From contig NW_015172610.1 in NCBI RefSeq assembly GCF_001447785.1, positions 99,343 to 163,342 of the forward strand: a DNA stretch of 64,000 nt, given 5' to 3'. Source of the DNA: Gekko japonicus (lineage: Eukaryota). Made by a program: the position numbers and the translations under genes. This document shows positions 49,829 to 64,000 of this stretch, one piece after another; within the stretch, counting starts at the first letter, position 1, and every line of letters begins with the position of its first letter. Under the pieces are notes generated by a model that was given only the letters and a program-made list of their open reading frames with translations, did not search any database and was not told where the DNA came from.

Positions 49829-51504
49829 AAGGGAAGGGCAGGGTGGGAAGAGTGGCAGGGGGGCATGCGCTTTAGCAGCCGTCCCACCTCAGGGTATGGT
49901 GATGCTATTTTGGAGAATTAACAGAATCAGCATAGCACAGTACTTAGAGCCAATGTGCAAAGATTATAGCATTCATTGTTTGGTAGAATTGCGAATAGAA
50001 TTTTACTTTTGATGAATTTTCAGGTAGCTTTATCTCACTGAGAACATCTATAGCTTGTTAACAGAGAAACTCACTTTCTATCTGAAGTTACATCTTTCCA
50101 AAAAACCACAGTTCATTTGCACAAGTCAGCAAATTATGCATTTACATTTGGCAGGGAATAGTTTCAAGCTGAAATCAAAGAGTTGTGAATACAATAACAG
50201 TGCACTTGGAATAAGAACAGATGGCTTTAAATAAGGCATTGTAATTCAGTAATGTATTTAATAATACCTGTGTAATGTGATAATGCCTATATGTGCCTTC
50301 ATTTGATCAAGAGCAGTAAAATCTTCCTCTGCCTGGCAGATAATGATTCATAGTCCAAACTTCAAAGGTTACAAATCCAAGTTTCCCTGTGCTAAATAAT
50401 GATTGAGAAGATCAATACAGAAGGATGTTGGGGGACTATTGTTACCTTGGTCACTGTTGTCTCCTCTTTGAAGAACCAAAGGGGTGGAAGATATGTTGAA
50501 ATTCTAACTCTGCTCATTCCTTATACATCTGTTCTTATACTGCTCTAGTCTTTTCAATGGGGCTGGCACAGAATTCTTCAATCCATATTTGCAAATGACA
50601 CTCAGCTCCCAGACTATATAATTTGGTTTATTTCTGAACTGCTAAAATATCTTATTTTCTTAACAAATTTGCAGTGCTAACAAATGTGTGTTCTTATATT
50701 TTTGGAACCCTTTAAAATATACCTGATTCCCTACAAAGAGAACAGCTGCAACAGGCCAATGCCTCTGAAAGCATTTTCAGACATGGTATGAGGTCCCAGA
50801 GAAAACCTATTATTATTTTTCCCTGCTGTTTTTATTTCAAACATCACACACGGCGATAGATTCTGAAAGGTAAAGCACTGACAGCTCATATTCAAAGAGA
50901 ACTAGCACATGCCAACATACTGGCAGACTCTGTATTGTCTCTCCAAAATATTTTCCCTTTCTCCTTAGAAATCCTCTTTGATAATATTCAAAAGATTTTT
51001 TTTTTAGCATAAAAGGTTAGGCTAAATGGGTGACATCTCTTTCATATGAACCCAAATGAATGGGCTAGATTAACATTTGCCTAGAAAATGATGTCTGTTA
51101 CTCTTGCCAGCGTTAAAATAGAACTGCTGTCCTTGTGATACCTTTTTATAGCAGAACTGAAGAATGCTACCTGTCCCTTATGAATACAAAGCGTCCTACT
51201 GGATTTTGGTACTTTTCAACCAATGTTATTTGTAACACTGCATGCAATTTTAATCAAATAATATAATGAAATCATATAGAAACCAAATTGTATTTGCATG
51301 GGGAAATTAAGAGGAAAAGGCACCATTGTGCTGGTCTAAGTTTCCTCTGTATTTTAGAGACACTTCCAGATAGTAATTGTTTTGCCAATTGGGGATGAGT
51401 TCCTGCTTTTCCTGTCTCAAGCAAGCCAATGTTCTCTTGGCTGTTATTTGCAGTGTTAGCAATTACAGTGAAAAATTCAGGAAAGTGATGGTCTGTTTAA
51501 GCGT

Positions 51505-51794
51505 GAAGAAGAGAAAAGAAGAGATTGGATTTATACCCCGCCCTTCATTACCCAAAGGTGTCTCAGAGTGGCTTACAAACTCCTTTCCCTTCCCTTCCCT
51601 TCCCCACAACAGACACCCTGTGAGATAAGTGGGGCTGAGAGAGCTCTGACAGAAACTGCTCTTTTTCAAGGACAGCTCTTATCAGAACTATGGCTTGCCC
51701 AAGGTCATCCAGCCAGGTGCAAATGGAGGAGTGGGGAATAAAACCCGGTTCTCCCAGATTAGAATCCGCACACTTAACCACTACACCAAACTGG
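51505..51794 (-). mobile_element. Squam3-like SINE
   Basis: Same family as 39241. Confidence 0.75.
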
Positions 51795-54326
51795 CAAGCA
51801 ATGGGAAGGCAGTAGAACATGCATGCTATAAAGGGAAGTTAATTATCAGTTATCTTTAGTGTTGCCAACTTCCAGGTGGGGCCTGCAGATCTAGCAGAAT
51901 TACAATTAATGTCCAGATGACAAAGATAAGTGCCCTGGGGAAAATGGCTGTTTTGGAGGATGGACTGTTTGGCATTGTACCCTACTGAGGTCTCCCCTCT
52001 CCCCAACCCTTCCCCTCCCGAGGCTCCATCCCCCAAATCTCCAGGAATTTACCAACTTGGAGTTGGCAACCCTAGTAGTTTCCTTTCTGAGAAGTGTTTG
52101 TTTGTTTTAAAAAAGGACAAATCCTGATTTCTGCTGGAGATGTGTTTCTTTACATTGTTCTTCAGTAAAATGAGCAATGTGTTCACACAAACAGAACATC
52201 CTTAAGCAGATGGAATAGGCATATAAAATGCCAGATTTTGGGGAGGCATGTAGAACACAGCTATTGGTTGAGGACACACCTAGACTGTCATTCTGCATCT
52301 CCTACACTGAAGGAGATTACATCAGCAACTGCAGTGTGCTGGGTTAAAGGAGGAACTGTGTGTGATGCTGAACTTCAGGGTGATGTTGAAAATGGCAGTC
52401 CCATATTTATTTTTGTTTATTAAAATATGTATAGCTTTCCTCTTGGCCCAAGGTAGCTTACTGTTGTAAGAATGCACCTGTAGCACTTGTCTAAACTAAC
52501 CCTGTATAGTGTTACCTGCACCTCTAGATTCATAATGGTCTGGTGAGTGCCCCTTACCAAAGCGGGTAGAATGTTAAAAGAAAGTTAGCTGGAATGCAAC
52601 ACAAGGTTATTTAAACAATAAATAGTTTATTAGCTAAAGACATGCAAGACATACAAAACAGAATACTTACTTTAAAAAAAATGTAAAACAATGTAATGCA
52701 AATGTTAGTTCCTGTGTATGATGGAGGAAAGATATCTCTTGAGACAAAAGCCTAGCAAAATCATGTTGGGAGTCATGTGCTGCTAGCTGTTTGGAAAGTT
52801 ACAGAAATAAAATTAAAACTGTTAAATAAAATTTAACTGTATAAATGGGTCTTAAATTTTCTGAACCAACTATTTTATTTTTCTCACAACACTTACAAAT
52901 CACAATTAGCCAATAGGTGGAAGCCTGAGGACCCTAGTGGTACACAGGAAGGAGATAGTCCTATAGATACTGAGGTCTCCTTCCTCCTTTTCATGATATT
53001 TAATTAGAATGAGCCACATTGTTTCACCAGTCTCAAATAGATAGGAAAATAACAGGAATAAGTCTGCTGTAATGTGATGGGGAGGGAGGGGGACTAACTT
53101 AACAAATCATAGAAAGTTAATAGGGAAAAGGGTATTGTATACCAGTTTCTGTAACAGTCGACAAGCCATCTTGGGCCAATTGTTAGTGTTGAATCTCAGG
53201 TCTTAGACACTCTGGATTGTGCTTCTGTGGGAAATAAAACCTATCTAATCTGTGGGAATATGTGAGGGCCCAAAATTTCTAAAGCTCAGTTCAAAAGAGA
53301 GCAGCCATCTAGCAGGCCACTCTGAGGAAAAGGATCCTCGAGTCAAGTCTTATCCTCAGGTGAAGAAGGTGTGTAGATGCCACAAGCAAGCAAACAGACT
53401 TTCAACAATAGTAAAAGATCTGCACTCCCCTATAACAGCTGACAAAATATATGACAAATTTGGAGATTGTCATTGGCTCCTTAAATGGTTTCCAGTTCTC
53501 AGAGAATGGAACTTGAATGTACAGCAAACCAGCAGTACTTCCTAAGAACTCAGAATGGCCGTGGGCATTGCTAAAACAACACCTTCTTTCCATAAGAGAT
53601 CTCCCATATATTGCAGATTTCTGCCACTACCTCTGCTACCATTAGCTGCATCTGTACCTGTTTCTTACAGCTAGATCACTTTCAATCAAAGTCAGCCTGT
53701 TCTCTACCAAGCTGTTCACATCAGAAAAGCAGAACACCAGGGCAGAAATCTCAAGTCGTGGGCCTCTAAAGAGACTACCTATGGCTTAAGGATGGTGTTT
53801 TTTAATATTTCTAGAAGCTTCCCCCAAAGCTTCTGTGATTTGAAGGACAGGCAGAAAAGCATATGCCTTGGTCAGGGTATTCATGGCCTCACCTTCTGAA
53901 AAGAACAACGATAGCCTGAAAGGATTACGTTGTTTTATATTTTAGTATTTTTATTGGGGGGGTTAAATTGTATGTTGGCTTTTGTGCACAGAAGGTGGCA
54001 TAAAATAAAAATGTATAGATGACATATTCTATATTTACATGCTTTTATTCATTCTATATTCGGGGGGAGTATTTTGTTTTTTTTAAACAAAGCACATTAG
54101 AATCTTACTTATCTGATAAGACCATTCCATTAATCAACAGTAATATCAGCTAGGAGTCTTCTGCTGAGAGAAATGTACTATTTCTCTTCCTGTGTACTTT
54201 GCTTTTTTTTACATAAGGCACCAGTTATTCTGAAAATATCCACATTTCTCTTCTGTGCTATGTCTTGAAAGAGAACTATTTAAAATCTAATAAATAACAG
54301 GCAGTGCATTTGGGGGCAATTTGGAG

Positions 54327-54680
54327 GAGCTGCGGTGGCTCAAGTGGTTAAGACGCTGAACTGCAGGCTGTGGAAGGTCGGTAGTTCAGCAGTTCGAGAC
54401 CCGAGTGTGCTGCATGATGGAGTGAGCTCCTGTCTCTAGTTCCAGCTCCTGCCAACCTAGCAGTTCGAAAGCAAGAAATTGCAAGTAGATAAATAGGTAC
54501 CACTTTGGTGGGAAGGTAACAGCGTTCTGTGCGCCTTGGTGTTTAGTCATGCCAGCCACATGACCACGGAAATGTCTTCGGACAGTGCTGGCTCTTCGAC
54601 TTTGAAACGGAGATGAGCACCACAACTCTAGAGTCGGATTCGACTGGCTTTTGAGCAAGGGAACCTTTATCTTTACCTTT
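54327..54680 (+). mobile_element. Sauria SINE
   Basis: Near-identical to 28699-29045; tail acctttatctttaccttt. Confidence 0.85.
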
Positions 54681-55294
54681 ACTATAGCAAATTCACTAGA
54701 AAAACATGACCGTTAAAGCCCAATTGTTTCGAAAATGTCAATTTCAAGAAAGTCTTACTGCTTTTGTGGCACTGATTTTGTGCAGTAAAATAGGAGGGAA
54801 GCAATCAGGCCAACCAGTGCGCTTAGAAGATATTGTAGCCATGAAAATTGCACTATCAAAAACTATTTTTGTATGAATCAAGAGTTATCAAGCCATTTCA
54901 CACGTTTTATACAGTGTTCTTAAGTAAAATCAGCATCCTGTACAGCTTAATGGAGCAAGCAGATCCATTAAACAGAAGGAACATTTGTCCCAGATGCTGG
55001 GCCTTGAAGGAACCCCAAGAAGCCAGACTGCTGCTAATCTGCAGGAGGGGGAATTAGCAATTTTCAGAATGCTTTTCTGAGTCACCTCCAATACATGTGG
55101 CAGCACAAGATAGTGAAACAGAGGAAACCAAGATCCTCTGCAGGACAACCAAATGGTTGGTCCTAGAGATGAAGGAAGAACTGATCATATTAGATTTATA
55201 CAAGGTATTCTGTATCATTATAATTATAAGTAGACATGACCTTTAACTGCAATAAAACAAGAAACAAATATGGAATTTCAAAGTTAACAAAATT

Positions 55295-56600
55295 TACATG
55301 GGATCCTGGTGTCTCCAGAGGTCATTCATGAGGGCAACAAACACCATCTCTGTCCCATGGTCAGGGCGGAAGCCAGACTGAAATGGATCCAGGATGGATG
55401 CATCATCCAAGAATGCCTGAAACTGCTCAGCCACCGCCCTCTCAACTACCTTGCCCAGAAACAGTAAATTCAAGACTGGGTGGTAGTTGGCTAGGACCGC
55501 AGGGTCCAATAATTTTTTTTTAAAGAGCAGGCGTATTGCCGCTTCCTTCAGTCCCACCGGGAATGTCCTGGAAAAAAAGGGACAAGTTGATAATTTCTCC
55601 CAGGGGAACTGGATACCATCCCCACCGGTCACAACCAGCCAGGATGGGCATGGGTCAATGAGGCAAGTGGTAGACTTCATAGCTGCCAGGATCTTGTCTG
55701 CCTCCGCCTGGGAGAGTTGGCTGAAGTGGTGCAGCACTGGACCTGAAAATGGACAAGGGGCTTCCAGTTCCTTTCCTGTATCAACTGTGGTCAGGAGGTC
55801 CTGGTGAAGTGACATGACTTTATCTGTGAAATAGCTTACAAATGTTTCACAGCGAATAGCCAATTCCCTACTATTTTGTTTGCCTTGCACCAAGGTAGTT
55901 AATGATCAAAGAGCCCTAAACAATTGGGCCTGGCGCAAGCTCGCAGATGCAATGGAGGCCCCACAGAACTCTTTCTTAGCAGTCTTCACTGCCATCTCAT
56001 AGGCTTTCATAAATGTCCTATAAGATGTTCTTGCCGCTTCGTCACAACTACATGGTCACCCTCACTCTAGCCATCTCAGCTCTCACTTCATCCTCTGCAG
56101 TTCTGAGGTATACCATGGGGCTGTTTTGGCATGAGGGTGGAGAGGGCACCAGGGGTGATTTTGTCGATAGCTTTGGAGAGTTGGCTGTGCCAGTCCTCCA
56201 CCAGCTCTTCTAACAAACCACTGGGGGGGCATTGGATCCTGCTGAGTGTCCTGAAGCCAACCAGGGACCATTTGGCTTCACGGGCAAGCATAAATATGCT
56301 TGCTGCCTAAACAGGGAGGATTTGGTGTTCCCAGCCAGACCTTAAGGGTGAAGTGGTCTGACCATGGCACAGCATCTGCAGTCATCAGATCCACATTTAT
56401 CCCCATTCCAAAGATCAGATCTAGCATGTGGCCTGCTTGATGCAAATACAAAAAATTGTCAATACAAATTGGGAGAGTTCCAGAGCCTCCACAGATGACA
56501 CTAGGTCTCTGGCCTGAGAGGACATCACATTGTTGACACGGACACTGAAATCTCTCAGGACTAATAGCCTGGGGTATTCTAGAGCCCAGCTACAGTCTGT
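55295..56600 (-). mobile_element. L2 LINE ORF2 fragment (endonuclease end to RT start)
   Basis: LLVLRDF, DPCPSWL, NYHPVLNLLFLGKVVERAV, DPFQSGFRPDHGTE motifs. Confidence 0.85.
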
Positions 56601-56604
56601 GGTC

Positions 56605-56940
56605 ACTTCTGTTCAATTCATTGGGGCAAACCCTCCACTTTTAAAAAACGTATATTTACTTTTTATAGCTTCCTCGACTTGCATTGTTAACCATGCAGGT
56701 ATTCTTTGGCAGTGCCTTTCCTAACCTGTGGGATCCATTCAGTCTGGGCTTCAGTTAGGGTGGTTCTAAATAGCTTCCAAGCATCCACTAGGGATTTGAC
56801 TCTCTTGTGTTTCCCTTTCAACTTCCTTTTCACTATTCCCCTCATTTTTGTAAACTTCCCTCTTTTGAAATCAGTCATTACAGTTTTGGACTTTAGGGGT
56901 AACTTTGAACTTAATAGCATTGTGGTCACTGTTCCCAATT
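56605..56940 (-). mobile_element. CR1 LINE ORF2 fragment
   Basis: DFKRGKFTKMR...AWKLFRTTLTEAQ...IP resembles the CR1 post-endonuclease region. Confidence 0.7.
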
Positions 56941-58408
56941 GGTGTAACAACCTCTACAAGGCTGACTGGCTCCTTCTCCCTCCTTATTTCCCTCCCTCCT
57001 TTGTGGGGGGGAAAGGCCTGAGTGGGCTAGTTCACCCATGCCTAAATGATAAATTAAAAATGAAAAGTAAATGAATCTGAGTGGACACTGCACATTAGAT
57101 AATGCACTCTTAATGAACTATAGCAATTATAGAATTACAGAATTATAGAACTATAGTGATTATTTGCAACTGATTTTTACTGTTTCACACATGAAAATGC
57201 AGTTGCAAATGACTGCAATAAAGCACTGAAGGTGCATTACCTAACAGTGTGTGAAAGCATTCTAGGATGGCCATTAGTGTATTCAGTAAGGATCTTGTAT
57301 TCCTATACTCATTTTCTGCTGAACTGTTTCAAACAATGCGGCTAGAGGAAGAGTCCATGCACGACCTTATAGCTTGTAACTTTAAACTGAAATGGATACA
57401 ATAAGAACTATATGTTAAACTATTTTTGGTTTTTCTGTAGAATTGTTATGGCAACAGTTCACTGCATCTAACACTGAGGATCGAAGTGAAGCTTCAAAAG
57501 CAGCATTTTATTTCCAAGGGATTTAAGAGCAGCTCCCAAATGCAGAGATCAATAGGGAATCCTGTAAATGCTACTGAAGACAGGAAACAAATTCCCAGCA
57601 TGCATAAAATGTTGCTTGCTGCAAAAGTAAGTGGGGAGGGGGTTGCCCTGTGAGGAAGAAGATCAGAACCAGGCAATGAAATATATGATGAAGGGAGGTA
57701 AGACAACAGGAATATGAAAGTAACAGCATGCAAAGTATAGTTCCAAGACATGAAAAATTATTACATTTTATTCCACCTTTCTTCTATCATGGATCTCAAA
57801 GCTAGAAACCTAGGGTTCTCAGGAGGGCTCTGTCCAGAGACCTACTTAGATTGAGCAAGGCTGCTGCATTGTCTGCCTTACAACCATACACAGTCAGTGT
57901 CAGATGGCTGCACAGGTATGATGGGTCATGTTGGGCCTGCTTGTGAATTATGTGAAACAGCAATCCAAGGCCACACAGTGACAGGGCCGATTTACACATT
58001 GCAAACTTCATATGGAGGATGTGCTGTGAGAGTTCATGATGAAGCACCTTAAAGATTCCTCCTAAGTGAGCCCAATTTAAAATCTGCAGTGACCCAGGAA
58101 ATAGTGTAAATATATATTCATTGCAATAATAAAACAAAACTTCCTTTGCAAGGAGCCATATTGCACATATACATCACAGTTCCCTGGGGGGAAAATCTTC
58201 TGCCTCATATAAACATGAAGAATCCACAGTCACCTTAACAACTTTGGGAGTGATGATTGAGAGAATACTTGGTGGAGGGCATCTTCACTGATTATTGACA
58301 TCCCAGATCCAGAATCAATTTCTGTCCTGCATCTATGGCCATTAATAAGCGCAGCTGCAAGCATGTAAGGAAACCTGCAGAGTTCTTTGCTATGAAAACT
58401 CTGATGAT

Positions 58409-59475
<1,067 letters not shown>

Positions 59476-59741
59476 TCACTGTCATGTGAATAATCAAATT
59501 ACAACACACCAGGTGATTGTGGGAGGGGATCCTGGCCAGCCCCTTTGCTTACTGCTGCAACTTAACAGGCCAGTGGGGGGGGGTGGAGGGAACTTGTCAG
59601 CATTGTGCTGACATGTGTCATCACTTATGGGGAAAAACCAGAAGTAATGTCATTGCACCAGGGTGATGCTCTAGGGTTTATTTAAAAGTCTATGGTCACA
59701 CATTGTTCCTTCTCCCCCAGACTCGCCTGGTGGGTTGTGAG

Positions 59742-59943
59742 CAATGCTCCCTCTAAGCTGTAGAGTCTTGTGAGCAAAATTCTACTTTGTGAGCTACTGG
59801 CATTAAAGTTGTGAGCAAGCAATTTGGCTACTGCATAAATTAGTTTGCTCTGGAGCCATCCTTCCTGAGCTAAGACAAAAATATATGAGCTGGGGCTAAA
59901 AAACTGAGCTAGCTCACACTAGCTCAGCTTAGAGGGAACACTG
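59742..59943 (+). mobile_element. hAT MITE (same family as 33973-34180)
   Basis: Same TIRs and body; TSD gttgtgag / gttgctag. Confidence 0.85.
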
Positions 59944-59999
59944 GTTGCTAGTGAGGTATGTCCCTATTGTAGTTCCTTAATTTTATAATGGTGGACTCT

Positions 60000-60467
60000 G
60001 GCCCCGGTCACATGGCAAAGTTGCCGCGGGAGAGGCACGGGAGTCCCTCGGATTTTCCGGGCACGATCACACCCCAACATCTGGGAAGAGCAGTGCTCCC
60101 GTGGCGAACCTGTGGCTCCCCGCCGAAGGTGCGGATTAAAAAACTAGTACTTACGAGGTACTAGTTTCCGGAAACCGTGGGCCAAGGGCGGGTGTCAGAT
60201 CGCGTTTCCGGTGACTTACATGGCATCTGGCGCCCGTCTCCGCAGGTTGTACTACAGCACCCAACAGCGCATGTGCACAAAGAGCAATTGCTAATGCGAT
60301 CATGCGGCGCGGCTTCTGTGCCGCGCTGCAGGATACCCGTCTGGTCGGCATCTCCCCCCTAACCACGGGACCTTGATCGGGACGTGTGATCGGGCGGCCG
60401 CACGTTAGTTTCCTCCGGGGCAATTAGCCATGCCTCCCCGCGATATCCGGCCCGTGTGACCAGGGCC
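60000..60467. mobile_element. PIF/Harbinger-type MITE (family of 31034-31565, opposite orientation)
   Basis: TIR ggccccggtcacatg / cgtgtgaccagggcc; shared aaactagtac...gtactagttt hairpin. Confidence 0.75.
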
Positions 60468-61005
60468 TTTAAACAGCAAACTAGCTCAATGTGACCTTTT
60501 CTCCTGCAGCATCTGCACTCAGCATTCTTGAATCTGCAGACAGAGCACTGATGTGACCATCTACATCCTGAACAGTGGCTGGTATTATCTGGTTTTATGT
60601 GCAGATATTGCTAGGAGTGCAATCCTTGTTTTCTGCTGATCCAAATGGATAAGTTGGATAAATTCAGATACTTGTCCAATGTAAGCCCTCTGAGACATTA
60701 TTACTAATCCTTAAACGTAATTCTGAATGACTGGCAAAGAAAATTCTGTCAAGAACAAGGAATCTAAGGACATCTTCAACATATAAAAACAAGATAAAGA
60801 CTAATTGCAATGTGGGAAAATAGTATGGAGGATGTTATGCAATCAAAACAATCTATTTAAAAATGAATACTCAAGATGATTTGCAATATAATAGTGTCCC
60901 AAATAGCAGGGGTGGTTGCCAACTAAGACCTCATGTAGGTTTCCATTGATGGGTTGATAATGGGTCTCCACAATAAAGCTTCCTTGGTAGTACTTGGACC
61001 TGTTT

Positions 61006-61282
61006 AGGGCCAGTTTGGTGTAGTGGTAGACTCTAATCTGGGAGAACCGGGTTTGATTCCCCACTCCTCCACTTGCACCTGCTGATGTGACCTTGGGTCA
61101 GTCACAAGCTCTGGCCCAGCTGTCCTTGAAAAAGAGCAGTTTGTGTCAGAGTTCTCTCAGCCCCACCCACCTCACAGGGTGTCTGTTGTGGGGAGGGGAA
61201 GGGAAAGGAATTTGTAAGCCGCTCTGAGACTCCAAGTGAAGGGCGGGGTATAAATCCAATCTCTTCTTCTTCTTTTTCTTCT
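61006..61282 (+). mobile_element. Squam3-like SINE
   Basis: A box tggtgtagtgg, B box ggtttgattcc, MIR-core-like tgtgaccttgggtcagtca, tail gggcggggtataaatccaat(ctt)n. Confidence 0.75.
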
Positions 61283-62340
61283 TAAATGGTAACACCCCCG
61301 AATAGTATTAGGCCCAGACACACAACTACCACATATGGTTGCAGGACATTTTTCAACAGAATTCGAAGCTGCTTTGATCTGTATACACTGATAAGGTGTG
61401 AAATGCATCCTCCACTTCTTAAGAAGACTCTTCACTTTTGTCAAACTAATCACAATTAGGACTTAACACTATTTAGTGAATTTTCTGAAATAATAACAAA
61501 TAGAGATTGTATTTTTCTATGGAATTCATTGAATATTTTCATATGTATTGCACTGTTGATTTGGAAATTATATAAAAATGGACCTGTAAGTAATTATTAG
61601 TTAGTTTGTCATGGTTTAATCTTATTTGATTTAGAGTTCAAGGAAGTCAGAAGTTAAAATTGGCAGATATGTAACTTACAGGAATGTTTACTAATCAGCA
61701 GATTTACACAGTTCTTGTTACTAAAGATAATTTTGCAGATAGCTGTCTTTTCAAGTTGTTGCTTAAACCAATCACTATGCTGGATCACTGACTTGGGGCA
61801 TGCTTTGATTGAGTTTTATAAAAACGGTGGTTTCAGTTTGGTTGCTACTCTGTTCTCCAGCTAGAAACAAGGAGGCAATTTTTCTTACATACAATAATCA
61901 CAGTAATTATCATTTACTGCTTTCTTAACCTGCCAAACTTCTCCAAGTATCCACTCTGCAAATCAGAATTTTAATTGTGCATAAAAATGGGGCCATTCGT
62001 CTTCTATTTGTCTGAAATTTGAGAGTGATGCTATATTAGGTGAAGTGTGCAGTCCCTGAGAATGCCATCCCAATTGGATGGGAGGGGGGAGAATGCCATC
62101 TCAATTGGATCCCAATTGGATTTTTAGTGAAACTAATGGATACATAAACAAATACAATAAGAAATCCAGCACATGCAATACCAAAAATAAATATTTTTTT
62201 TTTAAAGTTTAAAATGAAAACAAAAAAGAAATGGCCACACTGATTACAGTTCCCATAACAGCTGGTTCCCACTATACCTGTGCCTCAGAGCATGCCCTTC
62301 TGCTCTGTACAAATACATTCAGTGGAATTTAGGAGACTCA

Positions 62341-62768
62341 GGGCCTAATTACATGTTATGTTTTCCTTGTGTCCTCCCCGCCCCCAAATCTGTAGAATTG
62401 AATACTGGTCACAATTTCTGTGTTGAGAACTTAATTCCCAGACATGCAGGGGCCCAATTTTGATCAGAAGTGAGGCATGTGAGGTGCTTAAGCCTTCCCA
62501 ACATGAAATGGCCCCTAGGGGCATTATTTGCTCCAGTGAGGAAACTTACACATGGTTCATTGTTATATGTGATTTCCCCAATAATAGTGCCTTTTGGGGC
62601 AATTTCAGGTCAGGAAAATGGTTCTGGGGAAGACTTAAGCTCCCTCTCCCTGGGCAATATGGTCCCAACCTGAATTGGACCACATGTGCCTGGGAACTGA
62701 GTTCCCAGCATTCACCTTTGCGTGCCACTCAGGCAGGACACAAGGAAAACATAACGTATACTTAGGCC
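62341..62768. mobile_element. Harbinger-like MITE
   Basis: TIR gggcctaattacatgttatgttttcc / ggaaaacataacgtatacttaggccc; related copy starts near 37563. Confidence 0.6.
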
Positions 62769-64000
62769 CATAGATAAAACCTGGAAAGTAGATAGTGCTT
62801 GAACAGAAATTTATCAGATTTTTTTTCCCCACCAGATAACGAACAGAAGCATTTGATTTCTAAATTTAAAAAAATCAGTCCACCTTAATCCAAAGTTTAT
62901 ACTTTAGTAGTTAAATGGCTCTTTCAGATCAATCAATGCATTCACAGAGACCTTAACATTAATTAACATAAACACCGTTCTCTATCATAACCCCTTGGTA
63001 TCAAGATCGCATCTTGCCTGCAACTATGAATTAAAACATTCCAGCTGTTATCATTCCCAAAGGGAGTGGCTTTAAATGATATTACCAAGGGACCTTTAAT
63101 CTCTTCACTGCAGTCCTCCTTTTGCACACTCCTCAGCTCATGTTCTAAATGTACTTAATCTAATGATCAATAGAAAACCCAGACACACTAGGTAAATAAG
63201 ACAGCACAAGAGGAACTTTGTTGCCAACTTAGCAAACATATTCAAAGAAACTGTGAAACAATTAGTGGTAAACGGCCCAAATCAGCTTCAAACCAAGCTA
63301 GTCTAAAACTCCTATTGGTTTAACTGAAGATAAAAGGTGGATCACAAAATTAAATGTTTTATCAAGTCAGAAAACAAATAGTCAGTGGCCCATCCCAATT
63401 TGCACAGAATTGTGGAAATCAAGGAAGGCCTTTGCAAAACTTCATAGAACATGGATGAAAACTCCTGTATTATGATTCTACTTATGCTAATATATACAGG
63501 TAGGGGGGCATAGCTACAGCATCTGATTTACATGCAGAAAATCCAAGGTACATTTATACCCGTTTTCTCTCCAATGGAGACCTAAAGGGTCTTACATAAT
63601 TCTCCTCTCTTCCATTTATGATCACAATAACCCTGTGAGGTAGGTTAGGCTAAGAATATGTGATTGGCCCAAGGTCACTCAGTAAACTTTCATTGCAGAG
63701 TGGGGATTTGAACCTGGATTTCCTAGATCCTAGACCCCACACTACACCATGCTGGCTCTCATTCCCTAGGAAAAACCGGGAACACAGCCAAATCAGTGGA
63801 AGGGAGTATAAACTCTATGTAGCCCTAAACTGCTCTAAAATAGAAACTTTATTAACAATACTACCAGATATCTTAATGACCAAGCAAGAATGATAACAAT
63901 AAATTTTAAAATCAACATTCCAACATAAGCATACAGCAAAGAGTTGTGGACGAAACCTGGCTCATCACTTTGAACTGCCCGCAAACAGACACATGTAGTA

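Noticed and set aside
50446-50613. 168-nt minus-strand exon-like segment with GTAAC donor
   Set aside because: Weak acceptor, in-frame stop, no recognised homologue.

Overview
Repeat-rich vertebrate DNA from a squamate reptile, probably a gecko (Sauria SINEs, Squam3-like SINEs, 5S-headed SINEs, L2, CR1, Bov-B, Penelope remnants, many hAT and Harbinger-type MITEs). One assembly gap (44329-44661). No intact host protein-coding gene can be supported. Main observations: (1) three copies of an ORF1-only, poly(A)-tailed L1-derived retrotransposon (HAL1/half-L1-like), including a full-length 1.76 kb copy with TSD and a twin-primed, 5'-inverted copy; (2) a 631-bp hAT-type element with TIRs and 8-bp TSD that carries PTPN1 exon 1 with its splice donor (Pack-TIR); (3) a TSD-flanked PABPC1 retrocopy joining part of exon 1 directly to the retained end of the last intron plus the 3' UTR exon; (4) a Ngaro/DIRS-type retroelement with RT/RNase H and an SGNH hydrolase ORF; (5) a probable non-autonomous Helitron; (6) a ~700-bp palindrome whose centre forms a 41-bp RNA stem. 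All family and gene assignments are from recognition by eye, not database searches.
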